The notes under the pieces: generated by a model
Told to the model about the DNA's origin: nothing
Seen by the model: the letters and a program-made list of their open reading frames with translations, nothing else
Database searches by the model: none
Made by a program: the position numbers and the translations under genes
Shown: piece after piece, positions 28,258-37,749 of the stretch
Layout: every line of letters starts with the position of its first letter
Numbering within the stretch: the stretch's first letter is position 1
From: Chitinophagales bacterium
GTDB lineage: Bacteria; Bacteroidota; Bacteroidia; Chitinophagales; JADIYW01
DNA: 64,000 nucleotides
Assembly: GCA_017984135.1 (NCBI GenBank)
Contig: JAGNZZ010000010.1
Span: forward strand, 10,604-74,603
Direction: 5' to 3'

Positions 28258-28284
28258 AGTCCCGAGAAATCGGGACTTTTTTTA
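28258..28284. terminator. Bidirectional rho-independent terminator
   Basis: agtcccga-gaaa-tcgggact stem flanked by an A-rich 5' side and a T-run 3' side. It lies between convergent genes. Confidence 0.75.
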
Positions 28285-28292
28285 TTTTGATT

Positions 28293-28544
28293 CTATTTAT
28301 TAATAATAATAGTAGGTTTTGATGAATCTGCTTGTTTTTTATCTTCCTTCTTAAATATATTTGGAAGCTTAAACCCAAAATAATTTAAAGCAGATATGAT
28401 AATAAATACAGCACCGGCTTCATCTAAATTTCCAATAATGGGAATATTATCTGGAATAAACTCAATAAATCCTGCCGTTGGATTTATAATATAAAAAAAT
28501 GCTACTAAGGCTACGGCAATTACACTAATGTCTTGTTTTTTCAT
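28293..28544 (-). CDS. YkvA/DUF1232-family small membrane protein
   Basis: Motif FIEFIPDNIPIIGNLDEAG is typical of DUF1232. I placed the start at the MKKQDISV ATG (28542-28544). Confidence 0.65.
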   Translation of the reverse strand: MKKQDISVIAVALVAFFYIINPTAGFIEFIPDNIPIIGNLDEAGAVFIIISALNYFGFKLPNIFKKEDKKQADSSKPTIIINK

Positions 28545-28621
28545 GTTTGTTATTTTTGATTTAATCAACCAAAAAATCAAAGAATTAGTTCGTTTGGATA
28601 TTTTTATTAACAATACTTAGC

Positions 28622-28661
28622 AAAAAAAAGAGGCAATCGATATTCGATTGCCTCTTTTTTT
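28622..28661 (-). terminator. Rho-independent terminator after tRNA-Met
   Basis: 12-bp perfect stem agaggcaatcga/tcgattgcctct with a 3-nt loop. An 8-nt T-run follows on the minus strand. Confidence 0.8.
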
Positions 28662-28662
28662 G

Positions 28663-28736
28663 TAGCGAAGACGGGAATTGAACCCGTGACCTCAGGGTTA
28701 TGAATCCTGCGCTCTAACCATCTGAGCTACCTCGCC
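28663..28736 (-). tRNA. tRNA-Met (anticodon CAT; a lysidine-modified tRNA-Ile2 cannot be excluded)
   Basis: The minus strand reads GGCGAGGTAGCTCAGATGGTTAGAGCGCAGGATTCATAACCCTGAGGTCACGGGTTCAATTCCCGTCTTCGCTA. It folds as a cloverleaf with a D-arm GCTC/GAGC, an anticodon loop TTCATAA and a T-arm ACGGG/CCCGT. It resembles elongator tRNA-Met. CCA is not encoded. Confidence 0.9.
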
Positions 28737-28753
28737 GATTCTTTTTCGAGGTG

Positions 28754-28761
28754 CAAATGTA
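28754..28761 (-). promoter_or_regulatory. Candidate -7 box (TACATTTG) upstream of tRNA-Met
   Basis: The minus strand reads tgTACATTTGcacc, ending 17 nt before the mature tRNA 5' end. Confidence 0.4.
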
Positions 28762-28841
28762 CAATTTTAAATTAAATTTCTCCTATATTCTCAAAAATCT
28801 TATTTTTTAGTAACTTTACAAAATAAATTGATTTAAACATT

Positions 28842-29150
28842 ATGAGTATATATTCTCTTCATTCAGATACAAATATACAACAGGATGTAGATGTTTTGGA
28901 AGAAATAGAGGCAACTTTAAGTCATCAATTGGTGGTATATAATGACGAAGTAAACACATTTGATTGGGTGATTGAATCTTTAATGAAAATTTGTAGACAC
29001 ACACACGAACAAGCCACTCAATGCTCCTTGTTTATACATTTTAAAGGTAAATATGCTGTTCAACATGGCGATGAACTAACGCTTATTCCCATGAAGGATG
29101 CCTTGTTGGATAGAGGAATTTCTGCAGCAATAGAATCATGTAATTCATAA
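28842..29150 (+). CDS. clpS: ATP-dependent Clp protease adaptor ClpS
   Basis: 102 aa with the ClpS core VVYNDEVNTFDWVIESLMKICRHTHEQATQ. Confidence 0.9.
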   Translation: MSIYSLHSDTNIQQDVDVLEEIEATLSHQLVVYNDEVNTFDWVIESLMKICRHTHEQATQCSLFIHFKGKYAVQHGDELTLIPMKDALLDRGISAAIESCNS

Positions 29151-29152
29151 AA

Positions 29153-29833
29153 TTGCCGATATATTTACTAAATGAAAAAATGATTTTTCCGCCAGTTGAA
29201 GGTGCAGAAGATGGAATTGTTGCTATTGGCGGTGATTTATCTTCTGAACGATTATTATTGGCTTATCATTGTGGCATTTTTCCATGGTATAGCAAAGAAG
29301 AACCCATTATCTGGCATTCGCCTGCAGAAAGATTTATTTTAATGTTAGACAATCTGCACATTTCTAAAAGCATGAAACGTGTTTTAAATTCTAATCGGTT
29401 TTCGATAACTTTTGATGCTGATTTTTCTTTTGTGATAAAGCAATGTGCTGCTGTTGAACGTAAAAACCAAGATGGAACTTGGATTACCAATGAAATGATA
29501 GATGCATATTTAGAATTACATAATTTAGGTTATGCGCATTCAGTAGAAGTGTGGAAAGATGAAAAAATTGTTGGTGGCTTATATGGTGTGAGTTTAGGAA
29601 AAGTTTTTTTTGCAGAATCTATGTTTCATACTGAAAGTAATACATCAAAAATAGCATTGATAAAATTAGTAGCATTGTTGAAACAAAAAGATTTTCATTT
29701 TTTAGATGCGCAAGTACATACAACGCATGTAGAAAGTTTAGGTGCAAAAAATATTGCACGGAAAAAATTTATGGAATTATTACAACAAGGTTTGAAAGAT
29801 AAAACATGGAAAGGAAACTGGACAGGTTCTTGA
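29153..29833 (+). CDS. aat: Leucyl/phenylalanyl-tRNA--protein transferase
   Basis: Motifs GGDLSSERLLLAYHCGIFPWY and VGGLYGVSLGKVFFAESMF. TTG start 2 nt after the clpS stop. Confidence 0.85.
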   Translation: MPIYLLNEKMIFPPVEGAEDGIVAIGGDLSSERLLLAYHCGIFPWYSKEEPIIWHSPAERFILMLDNLHISKSMKRVLNSNRFSITFDADFSFVIKQCAAVERKNQDGTWITNEMIDAYLELHNLGYAHSVEVWKDEKIVGGLYGVSLGKVFFAESMFHTESNTSKIALIKLVALLKQKDFHFLDAQVHTTHVESLGAKNIARKKFMELLQQGLKDKTWKGNWTGS

Positions 29834-29939
29834 TTGTTTTTTTTAATAATTAAAAAGAACAGAATGTCTTTACCATGCAAGCGGTAATTTATGAAAAATA
29901 CATAATGAGATTCCCTTTTTTAAGGAAATGACACTATAA

Positions 29940-30875
29940 TTACTGTTGTTGCTGATTTTGAATAATAGGAACTCCTTCGTTTATTTCTTTATATAACTGA
30001 ACCATATTTTCATCTTCAAAAACGCTGCCGTCTTCGTAGCCAACCGAAACATACACCGATAATTCCTGATTTGCAGGACCTTTAAACGTTCCTTTAATTG
30101 GTGTGCAATCTGTAAAATGTCTTCCAACAGCAAGTTGAATGTGATTTTCATTTGCAAAACAATTATTTGTAGGATCGATGCCTATCCAGCCAAGATTTGG
30201 TATGTAAGCGTCAACCCAAGCGTGTGTTGCACCTTCACCGCGCATGCCATTTTTATTTGGACAAATATAACCGCTTACATATCGTGCAGGAATTTTCTGT
30301 GTTCGTAAAATTTGCAGCAGCAAGTGCGCAAAATCCTGGCAAACACCTGATTTTAATTCAATGATTTCATCAACCGTTGTTTCAATAGTAGTGATGCCTT
30401 TTACGTATTTATAATTGTTGAAAATATATTCAGAAGCATCTTTCACTGCTTGTAACGGTGATTTATTGGCGAATGCTAATTCTTCAATTATTTTTTCAAT
30501 AGTAGTTTGTTGTTTTATATTTTCTTTCAAAGAATAATCACATAAAAGAATATCGTTGGAAACAAGTTGCTGTATTAAATTCCAGTTAGCAACAATTGAT
30601 AAATTTTCCTCAATAATTTTATGAGTCGAATTCATAATTAAACGACTGTCAATAATTAATTCCTGATGTGTTTTTGCAACGGTGAAATAACCTGTACGAT
30701 TTCCCCAATAATCATAAAATTTATGCACGTTTGGTTCGCCTGTAATTTGTATTTCGTGACTTAAAATATCTTGCCCAATTTTTGGAAATGGATAAATTTT
30801 TATCTGGCTTACATTTTCTTTTACAACTCTGTCGTATTTGTATTTTGTGATATGTTGTATTTTATAGAGAGACAT
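29940..30875 (-). CDS. Transglutaminase-family protein (Bact_transglu_N plus transglutaminase core)
   Basis: Candidate catalytic triad context: SGVCQDFAHLL (Cys), GATHAWVDAY (His), WIGIDPTN (Asp). Confidence 0.8.
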   Translation of the reverse strand: MSLYKIQHITKYKYDRVVKENVSQIKIYPFPKIGQDILSHEIQITGEPNVHKFYDYWGNRTGYFTVAKTHQELIIDSRLIMNSTHKIIEENLSIVANWNLIQQLVSNDILLCDYSLKENIKQQTTIEKIIEELAFANKSPLQAVKDASEYIFNNYKYVKGITTIETTVDEIIELKSGVCQDFAHLLLQILRTQKIPARYVSGYICPNKNGMRGEGATHAWVDAYIPNLGWIGIDPTNNCFANENHIQLAVGRHFTDCTPIKGTFKGPANQELSVYVSVGYEDGSVFEDENMVQLYKEINEGVPIIQNQQQQ

Positions 30876-30902
30876 TTTAGCGGATAATAATTAGTTGTAA
30901 GT

Positions 30903-31841
30903 TTAGTGATATGCAAAATATAATTTACCTAATTCAGTGCTGAAGATATACAAATCATTACGAACATCTTCTAAAAATTCGTGTAATCCAATTTTAGAAA
31001 TACTCTGCAAGTCTGCGTAATCAACTTTGCTTTTTAAACGACCGGCAATTCTTATGAGCGATTTTTCTTCTTCTGTATGTTCATCTGCAATTTTTTCAAT
31101 AATATAATTTATTTTTTTGATGGAATAAAAAATGGAACGAGGAAAATTAGTATTCATCAAAATCATATCTAGTACATTTTGTGTTTGCAAACCTGTTGGA
31201 TAGGTTTTTAAATAAAATTCATAACCAGAAACCGACAATAATAAATTCTTCCAGTATGGTATATCCATCGGATTATTCAAATCGTATTTTATATCCTGAA
31301 ATTTGGTGTCAATAATATCAGCAGATTGCAACGCACGTTCAATATTTTTGCCAATGCCCATAAAATTCCATCCTTCGCCACGAGGCATCGTTACTTCTAA
31401 AACGCCATAATAATATAAGCTTTGGTCTATCAACGAACTAATAGCATACGATTGCTGATAGGTATCTAGTAATTCATCGATGCGATTATTATGTAATCGC
31501 AAATAATATTCATTAATACTTTCCCATGCTTCTTTGGTAATATGATCTTGCAAACCACGTGCATTTTCGCGCGCCTTGGTAATTATAGAACGAATAGAAT
31601 TTTCGTTGGTTTTATCGGTGATGATATATTTCAACACAGCTTGTGTATCATCTTTTATTTTAAGTTTTTCCTCATCGTTTAAATATGTAAAAATATCTAA
31701 CACCGAATGCCAGTCGTAGTTTTCATTTTCACTTTTATCTAAAGAAGTTGCATAGTTTATTTTTAACATGCGCAACATGCCTTCTGCTCGTTCCACATAA
31801 CGATTCATCCAAAATAAAGAGTCTGCAATTCTACTGAGCAT
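30903..31841 (-). CDS. Alpha-E domain protein (DUF403)
   Basis: N-terminus MLSRIADSLFWMNRYVERAEGMLRML is typical of the alpha-E family. It sits between the ATP-grasp and transglutaminase genes. Confidence 0.75.
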   Translation of the reverse strand: MLSRIADSLFWMNRYVERAEGMLRMLKINYATSLDKSENENYDWHSVLDIFTYLNDEEKLKIKDDTQAVLKYIITDKTNENSIRSIITKARENARGLQDHITKEAWESINEYYLRLHNNRIDELLDTYQQSYAISSLIDQSLYYYGVLEVTMPRGEGWNFMGIGKNIERALQSADIIDTKFQDIKYDLNNPMDIPYWKNLLLSVSGYEFYLKTYPTGLQTQNVLDMILMNTNFPRSIFYSIKKINYIIEKIADEHTEEEKSLIRIAGRLKSKVDYADLQSISKIGLHEFLEDVRNDLYIFSTELGKLYFAYH

Positions 31842-31863
31842 TCAGGTTTTTTTTCATGTTTAG

Positions 31864-33303
31864 TTAATCAATAATCCATGTATCTTTACTGCCACCACCT
31901 TGCGATGAATTTACTACCAATGAATTTTCTTTCAAGGCAACACGTGTTAAACCACCAGCCACTAATTTAAAACCATCTGGTCCATATAAAGCATAAGGTC
32001 GTAAATCTACATGACGCGGCACTAATTTGCCATTCATATAACAAGGAACCGTAGATATTTTTACGGTTGGTTGTCCTATATATGATCGTGGATCTTTTTC
32101 AATTGCAATTTTAAATTTTGCAATTTCTTCATCATTTGCATCTTGTCCAATCAACATACCATAACCACCACTTTCATTGGTTTTTTTGATGACCATTTTG
32201 TGCATATTTTCAAAAACATATTTTCGTTCATCTTCATTTTCCATTTTATAAGTAGGCACATTTTTCAGTAATGGTTCTTCATTCAAATAATAACGAATCA
32301 TATCAGGTACAAATGTGTAAATTGCTTTATCATCCGCAACACCATTTCCCATCGCGTTTACAATTGCCACGTTTCCTTTTCTGTAAGCAGAAAGTAAGCC
32401 TGGCACACCAAGCAAACTAGTTGGATTGAACACTAATGGATCTAAAAATTCATCATCTACTCTTCTATAAATAACATCTACCTGTTTTAATCCACGCGTG
32501 GTTTTCATGAACACCTTGTGGTTGTCTACTACTAAATCTCTGCCTTCTACTAGCTCGACACCCATATAGCGTGCTAAAAAAGTATGTTCGTAATAGGCTG
32601 AATTAAAAATGCCTGGTGTTAAAATGACAATACATGGATTTTGAATTTGTTTTGGTGCAAGTGCAACTAATATTTTTTGTAATTCCAACGGATAATCGCT
32701 GACTTTTCGCACGTTGTACTCGTTCATTAGTTCTGGAAAGATAGATTTGGTAACGTCGCGGTTTTCCATCATGTAAGAAACACCTGATGGCGTGCGTAAA
32801 TTATCTTCCAATACATAATATGTACCATCTGAATCGCGCACCAGATCGATGCCAGCAATGTGTACATAAATATTATAGGGCACATCGATGCCGAAAACTT
32901 CACGATTATAATGTGGGCAAGTAGCAATAATGTTTACAGGAATAATTTCATCCTTGATGATTTTTTGTTCATGGTAAATATCGTGTAGAAAAAGATTGAG
33001 AGCCTTTAAGCGTTGCTCGATTCCGCGCTCTATAAAATTCCATTCTGTACCAGTAATGATACGTGGAATAATATCGAATGGAAAAATGCGTTCAATTCCT
33101 TCTTTGTCGTCTGAATAAACGGTGAAGGTGATACCTTGATCCATAAACATCTTCTTGGCTATTTCTTCCTTGCGGTTGAGTACCGATAATTCGATACTAT
33201 TAAGTTGTTTAAAAATATTCTGATAATGCGCACGCACATCACCATTTGGGAAAGCCATTTCGTCCCAAAAATTTTCTCTTGTATGGTATGTATCAAAAAT
33301 CAT
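31864..33303 (-). CDS. Circularly permuted type-2 ATP-grasp protein (DUF404/DUF407)
   Basis: 479 aa with segments typical of the family (ERIFPFDIIPRII, LRTPSGVSYMMENR, VIKKTNESGGYGMLIG). Confidence 0.75.
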   Translation of the reverse strand: MIFDTYHTRENFWDEMAFPNGDVRAHYQNIFKQLNSIELSVLNRKEEIAKKMFMDQGITFTVYSDDKEGIERIFPFDIIPRIITGTEWNFIERGIEQRLKALNLFLHDIYHEQKIIKDEIIPVNIIATCPHYNREVFGIDVPYNIYVHIAGIDLVRDSDGTYYVLEDNLRTPSGVSYMMENRDVTKSIFPELMNEYNVRKVSDYPLELQKILVALAPKQIQNPCIVILTPGIFNSAYYEHTFLARYMGVELVEGRDLVVDNHKVFMKTTRGLKQVDVIYRRVDDEFLDPLVFNPTSLLGVPGLLSAYRKGNVAIVNAMGNGVADDKAIYTFVPDMIRYYLNEEPLLKNVPTYKMENEDERKYVFENMHKMVIKKTNESGGYGMLIGQDANDEEIAKFKIAIEKDPRSYIGQPTVKISTVPCYMNGKLVPRHVDLRPYALYGPDGFKLVAGGLTRVALKENSLVVNSSQGGGSKDTWIID

Positions 33304-33934
33304 TTAAAAATTCAATTGCCATGATAAGAATATTTTATGACTATTTTTGTAATGTTTAATTATTTTCTATCAATATTAACTAAATAGTAAAGATTTTTTT
33401 TATTGTAATATATGTTTGCATCTCGAAAATATTGAATGGTTTCCCAATTTGATATGTTTACTTTTAATAAAGAACTAATATTTTGGAAGGTATAATAATT
33501 GAATACAGTGATTAGTTGTATTTCTCTAAAAGAAACATCATCTTGTATGAATTTATTTAGTAATATATATATAAATAAGAAGATAGTAAGCAAAAGTAAA
33601 AATAGTAGGTATCATTTTTATATTTATTTGGATTCATTTTTTTTATACTTCGAAGCGCCAAAAGTAACACAGCCACTTCCATCAATATCGTTTCAAGTCG
33701 TAGTATTAAAATAAAAACACAATTACAGTTAAGAATAAAACAGTTTTTTGTAAGTCCTGAAAACTTTTATTGTTTTTTTCTCTTTGCTGTATATACTGTT
33801 GTTTTCAGTTGCTGACTGTATTTTCCAATGTATGCATTGAATTAACAACCATATAGTAAACTTTAGGTAACATCATTTAAGTGCCTCTTTTTTTTCAATT
33901 TCGTATCTTTCGGCAACAAAATTTTTTACGTATT

Positions 33935-35527
33935 ATGTCAACCTACCAAACTCCAGAAGGAATTGAAATAAAAGGTAAATTTTTACCTGAATATGCTGAG
34001 GTTTTAACACCGGAAGCTCTTGCATTTTTTGCTAAATTACAACGCAAACACAATGCAAGAAGAAAAGAATTATTGCAAAAACGTGTAGAACGTCAAGTAC
34101 GTTTAGATGCAGGTGAATTACCTGATTTTTTACCAGAAACTAAAGAAATTCGTGATAGCGAATGGACAGTAGCGCTTTGTCCTGCTGATATTCAAGACAG
34201 ACGTGTAGAAATTACTGGACCAGTGGACCGTAAGATGATTATCAATGCATTGAATTCTGGTGCTAAAGTATTTATGGCCGATTTTGAAGATTCAAATGCA
34301 CCAACATGGGAAAATAATATCTCTGGACAAATCAACTTGAAAGATGCTAATAATAAATCTATTTCATTAGAGTCTAATGGAAAATCATACAAATTAAATG
34401 ACCAAACAGCAGTTTTATTTGTTCGTCCAAGAGGTTGGCATTTATTAGAAAAACATGTATTAGTAGATGGCGAAGTGGCAAGCGGTTCTATCTGGGATTT
34501 TGCTTTGTATTTTTACCACAATGCGAAACAGAGAATAGCCAACGGAAGTGGTGTTTATTTCTATTTACCAAAGATGGAAAGCCATTTAGAAGCTCGTTTG
34601 TGGAACGATATTTTTGTGGATGCTCAAAATGAATTAGGCGTTCCTCAAGGTTCTATTAAAGCTACTGTTTTAATAGAAACAATAGTGGCTACATTTGAAT
34701 TAAATGAAATTTTATTTGAATTAAAAGAACACAGTGCTGGTTTAAATTGTGGTCGTTGGGATTATATTTTCTCGTTCATTAAACGCACTGTTAAAAACAA
34801 ACAGTTTTTAGTTCCTGATAGAATGCAAGTTACCATGACCACGCATTTCTTAAAATCATATTCAGAATTAGTGATTCAAACATGCCACAAACGCAATGCA
34901 TTTGCAATGGGTGGAATGGCAGCACAAATTCCAATTAAGAATGATGAAGAAGCCAACAATATTGCTTTAAATAAAGTTCGTGCCGATAAAGAACGCGAAG
35001 CAAAAGCAGGACATGATGGTACTTGGGTAGCACATCCAGGATTGGTGCAGATTGCAATGGATGAATTTAATAAATACATGCCGACACCAAATCAAATTGA
35101 TAAAAAACGTGAAGATGTACATGTAACGGCTGCTGATTTATTAGCTGTGCCAACAGGAACAATTACGCTGTCAGGTTTGAAAAATAATATCGATGTTGGT
35201 ATCCAATATCTAGAAGCATGGTTAAGAGGAAATGGTTGTGTGCCTATTCATAATTTAATGGAAGATGCTGCAACAGCAGAAATTTCACGTACACAAGTTT
35301 GGCAATGGGTTCATCATGAAGATGCAAAATTAGATGATGGCACAAAAGTATCGGCAGAATTAGTTCAACAATTAATCAATGAACAAAAAGAAGCCTACCA
35401 AGCCACGTTAGGAGATAAATATGCTACTTCAAAATTCGATTTAGCCATAGAATTATTTACCAAAATGTCTTTAGAAGATACTTTAGAAGAATTTTTAACC
35501 TTAGAAGCTTATAACTACATTGACTAA
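33935..35527 (+). CDS. aceB: Malate synthase A
   Basis: About 530 aa with malate synthase A motifs (DFEDSNAPTW, NCGRWDYIFS, GHDGTWVAHP). The ATG at 33935 (MSTYQTPEGIEI) is preferred over the track start. Confidence 0.95.
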   Translation: MSTYQTPEGIEIKGKFLPEYAEVLTPEALAFFAKLQRKHNARRKELLQKRVERQVRLDAGELPDFLPETKEIRDSEWTVALCPADIQDRRVEITGPVDRKMIINALNSGAKVFMADFEDSNAPTWENNISGQINLKDANNKSISLESNGKSYKLNDQTAVLFVRPRGWHLLEKHVLVDGEVASGSIWDFALYFYHNAKQRIANGSGVYFYLPKMESHLEARLWNDIFVDAQNELGVPQGSIKATVLIETIVATFELNEILFELKEHSAGLNCGRWDYIFSFIKRTVKNKQFLVPDRMQVTMTTHFLKSYSELVIQTCHKRNAFAMGGMAAQIPIKNDEEANNIALNKVRADKEREAKAGHDGTWVAHPGLVQIAMDEFNKYMPTPNQIDKKREDVHVTAADLLAVPTGTITLSGLKNNIDVGIQYLEAWLRGNGCVPIHNLMEDAATAEISRTQVWQWVHHEDAKLDDGTKVSAELVQQLINEQKEAYQATLGDKYATSKFDLAIELFTKMSLEDTLEEFLTLEAYNYID

Positions 35528-35566
35528 TTTAACTCATTAATTTATAAATTCAATAACTTAACTAAA

Positions 35567-36850
35567 ATGGCAACAAAACAAGAAAGAGCGGAAGCGCTAA
35601 AAAAAGATTGGGCAACTAACCCTCGTTGGAAAGACGTAAAAAGAAATTATACTGCTGAAGAAGTTATCAATATCAGTGGTTCAGTTCCTGTTGAATACAC
35701 ATTAGCAAAAAACGGTGCTGAGAAATTATGGAATAAATTACATGCAGAAGATTGGGTGGCTGGTTTAGGTGCATTTAATGGTAACCAAGCTATTCAAGAG
35801 GTAACGGCTGGAATGAAAGCTATTTATCTTTCTGGCTGGCAAGTAGCTGCTGATGCTAACTTATCAGCAGAAATGTATCCAGATCAATCTTTATATCCAG
35901 CAAATTCAGTTCCTATGGTGGTAAAACGTATCAACAACTCTTTGATGCGTCGTGACCAAATCGAATATATGTCTGGTGAGCCAACACGTGACTGGATGGT
36001 TCCTATCGTGGCAGATGCTGAGGCAGGTTTTGGTGGCAACTTGAATGCTTTTGAATTAATGAAACAAATGATTGAAGCAGGTGCTGCTGGTGTACACTGG
36101 GAAGACCAATTAGCTTCAGCTAAAAAATGTGGTCACTTAGGTGGTAAAGTATTAGTACCTACTCAAGAAGCAATCAATAAATTATCAGCTGCTCGTTTAG
36201 CTGCGGACGTTTGTGGAACATCAACATTAGTTATCGCTCGTACAGATGCTGAAGCGGCTAACTTAATTACTTCTGATATCGATCCACGTGATGCTAAATT
36301 CATCATTGAAGGCAAACGTGCTCCTGAAGGTTTTTACTATGTAAAAAACGGCTTAGAGCAAGGTATCGACAGAGGTTTATCGTATGCACCTTATGCTGAC
36401 TTAATTTGGATGGAAACCGGAAATCCAGATTTAGGTATGGCTCGTGAGTTTGCTCAAGGTATCCATGCAAAATATCCAGGAAAAATGTTGGCTTATAACT
36501 GTTCTCCATCTTTCAACTGGGCAAAATATATGGATGTTAAAGCAATGACTACATTCCGTGAAGATTTAGCAGCAATGGGATATAAATTCCAATTTATAAC
36601 TTTAGCTGGTTTCCATGCAAATAATACAGTAATGTTCGAATTAAGCAAAGCTTACATGGAACGTGGTATGGCTGGTTACTCTGAGTTACAACAAAGAGAA
36701 TTTGCTTTAGAATCTGCTGGTTTCCAAGCCATCAAACACCAATCTTTCGTTGGTACAGGTTACTTTGATGCCATTCAACAAGTTTGTCAACAAGGACAAT
36801 CTTCTACAACAGCATTGGCTGGATCAACTGAAGCAGAACAATTCCATTGA
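35567..36850 (+). CDS. aceA: Isocitrate lyase
   Basis: 427 aa with the signature KKCGHLGGK. Confidence 0.95.
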   Translation: MATKQERAEALKKDWATNPRWKDVKRNYTAEEVINISGSVPVEYTLAKNGAEKLWNKLHAEDWVAGLGAFNGNQAIQEVTAGMKAIYLSGWQVAADANLSAEMYPDQSLYPANSVPMVVKRINNSLMRRDQIEYMSGEPTRDWMVPIVADAEAGFGGNLNAFELMKQMIEAGAAGVHWEDQLASAKKCGHLGGKVLVPTQEAINKLSAARLAADVCGTSTLVIARTDAEAANLITSDIDPRDAKFIIEGKRAPEGFYYVKNGLEQGIDRGLSYAPYADLIWMETGNPDLGMAREFAQGIHAKYPGKMLAYNCSPSFNWAKYMDVKAMTTFREDLAAMGYKFQFITLAGFHANNTVMFELSKAYMERGMAGYSELQQREFALESAGFQAIKHQSFVGTGYFDAIQQVCQQGQSSTTALAGSTEAEQFH

Positions 36851-36887
36851 TAATGGCATTTCCTTGAATTAGGAAATCTCAAATAAT

Positions 36888-36916
36888 AGAAACGCGCGAC
36901 AATGTCGCGCGTTTCT
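36888..36916. terminator. GC-rich perfect hairpin terminator between aceA and the convergent small ORF
   Basis: agaaacgcgcgac-aat-gtcgcgcgtttct, a 13-bp perfect stem. Confidence 0.75.
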
Positions 36917-36941
36917 ATATTATATAGGATTTTAAATAGTC

Positions 36942-37190
36942 TTAATATATATTGCGCTGATAGGCTTCTCCGCGACTTTTATTCATTTCAGAAAATCGCT
37001 TGATGCAATCTTGTATAAAGGGTTCATCTACCAATTTTTCCATGTCTTTCATCGTTCTAAGATTATCATCTTCATGAAATTTGTATGTTTGTTCCAGCAT
37101 GTTGGCTTCTAATTTCAACACTAATCGCTCATTCATTTGCAACACAGTTATTTTTATAAAAGGATGTTCTATTTGACCTACAATTCGCAT
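36942..37190 (-). CDS. Hypothetical small protein
   Basis: 82-aa ORF starting at MRIVGQIEHPF. I recognise no family. Confidence 0.4.
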   Translation of the reverse strand: MRIVGQIEHPFIKITVLQMNERLVLKLEANMLEQTYKFHEDDNLRTMKDMEKLVDEPFIQDCIKRFSEMNKSRGEAYQRNIY

Positions 37191-37253
37191 TTTTAAAAAA
37201 GATTTTAACAGCAAAGTTAATTTATAAATTGTTGTTTAGCTTTATTTTTTAAC

Positions 37254-37291
37254 ATAAAAAAAAGAGCCGCTCCTAATTTGGCGACTCTTTT
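37254..37291 (-). terminator. Rho-independent terminator after the 37318 gene
   Basis: Stem agagccgc/gcgactct (7 of 8 bp), followed by a T-run on the minus strand. Confidence 0.55.
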
Positions 37292-37317
37292 TAAAAATGT
37301 AATTGAGTTAGTAAAGC

Positions 37318-37749
37318 TTACGCTTTAGCTTTTGTTTTAACTTGTGCTTTAGCCTTGTTAACTTGTGCTTTAGCTTCAGCAGTTGCTTTTTTTACTTCTG
37401 CTTTTACTTCTTCAACTTGCTTCTCAACTTTAGATGATGCTTCGTTAAATAAACCTTTAACTCTGTCAGAATTTCTGTTGAAAGATGTTTTTAAATCAGC
37501 AACTAAAATGTTTGCTTCTTCTTTTACATCTGCTTGTACTTTTTCTAACGTGAAAGGTCCTTTTAATTTTGCTTGAATTCTTTCTACGGTAGCATTGAAG
37601 TGATTTTTTTGAATCTCTACTTCATCTTTAGCTTCGCTAACTGCATTTTTTACAGTGTTTTCTACGTTGTAACGCAATTCTGTTACGTTTGCTTTTGTTT
37701 CTGTTGTGAAACTGTTTACAGCTTCTCTAACTTTTGTTGTAAATTCCAT
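37318..37749 (-). CDS. Amphipathic-helix protein (phasin/apolipoprotein-like) with a Lys/Ala-rich tail
   Basis: 143 aa with no signal peptide, predicted by eye to be helical, ending AEAKAQVNKAKAQVKTKAKA. The family assignment is uncertain. Confidence 0.5.
   Translation of the reverse strand: MEFTTKVREAVNSFTTETKANVTELRYNVENTVKNAVSEAKDEVEIQKNHFNATVERIQAKLKGPFTLEKVQADVKEEANILVADLKTSFNRNSDRVKGLFNEASSKVEKQVEEVKAEVKKATAEAKAQVNKAKAQVKTKAKA

Noticed and set aside
28007-28378. 123-aa ORF antisense to the Ala-rich lipoprotein gene
   Set aside because: It is a low-complexity mirror (Ala/Ser/Thr) of the GCT/GCA-rich repeat. It also crosses a strong terminator hairpin and overlaps the DUF1232 gene in another frame.
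28622-28841. tRNA-Met as an integration hotspot or genomic island boundary
   Set aside because: There is no integrase, recombinase or phage gene on either side. I noticed no direct repeat of the tRNA 3' end in the flanking sequence, and the neighbours are housekeeping genes (clpS, aat).
33360-33714. Two overlapping small ORFs (77 aa minus strand, 71 aa plus strand) in the long AT-rich spacer
   Set aside because: Their composition is typical of AT-rich non-coding DNA (Asn/Ile/Tyr/Phe/Lys-rich). They overlap each other, and I see no recognisable start context or family. I did not call them as genes, but I flagged the region as a finding.
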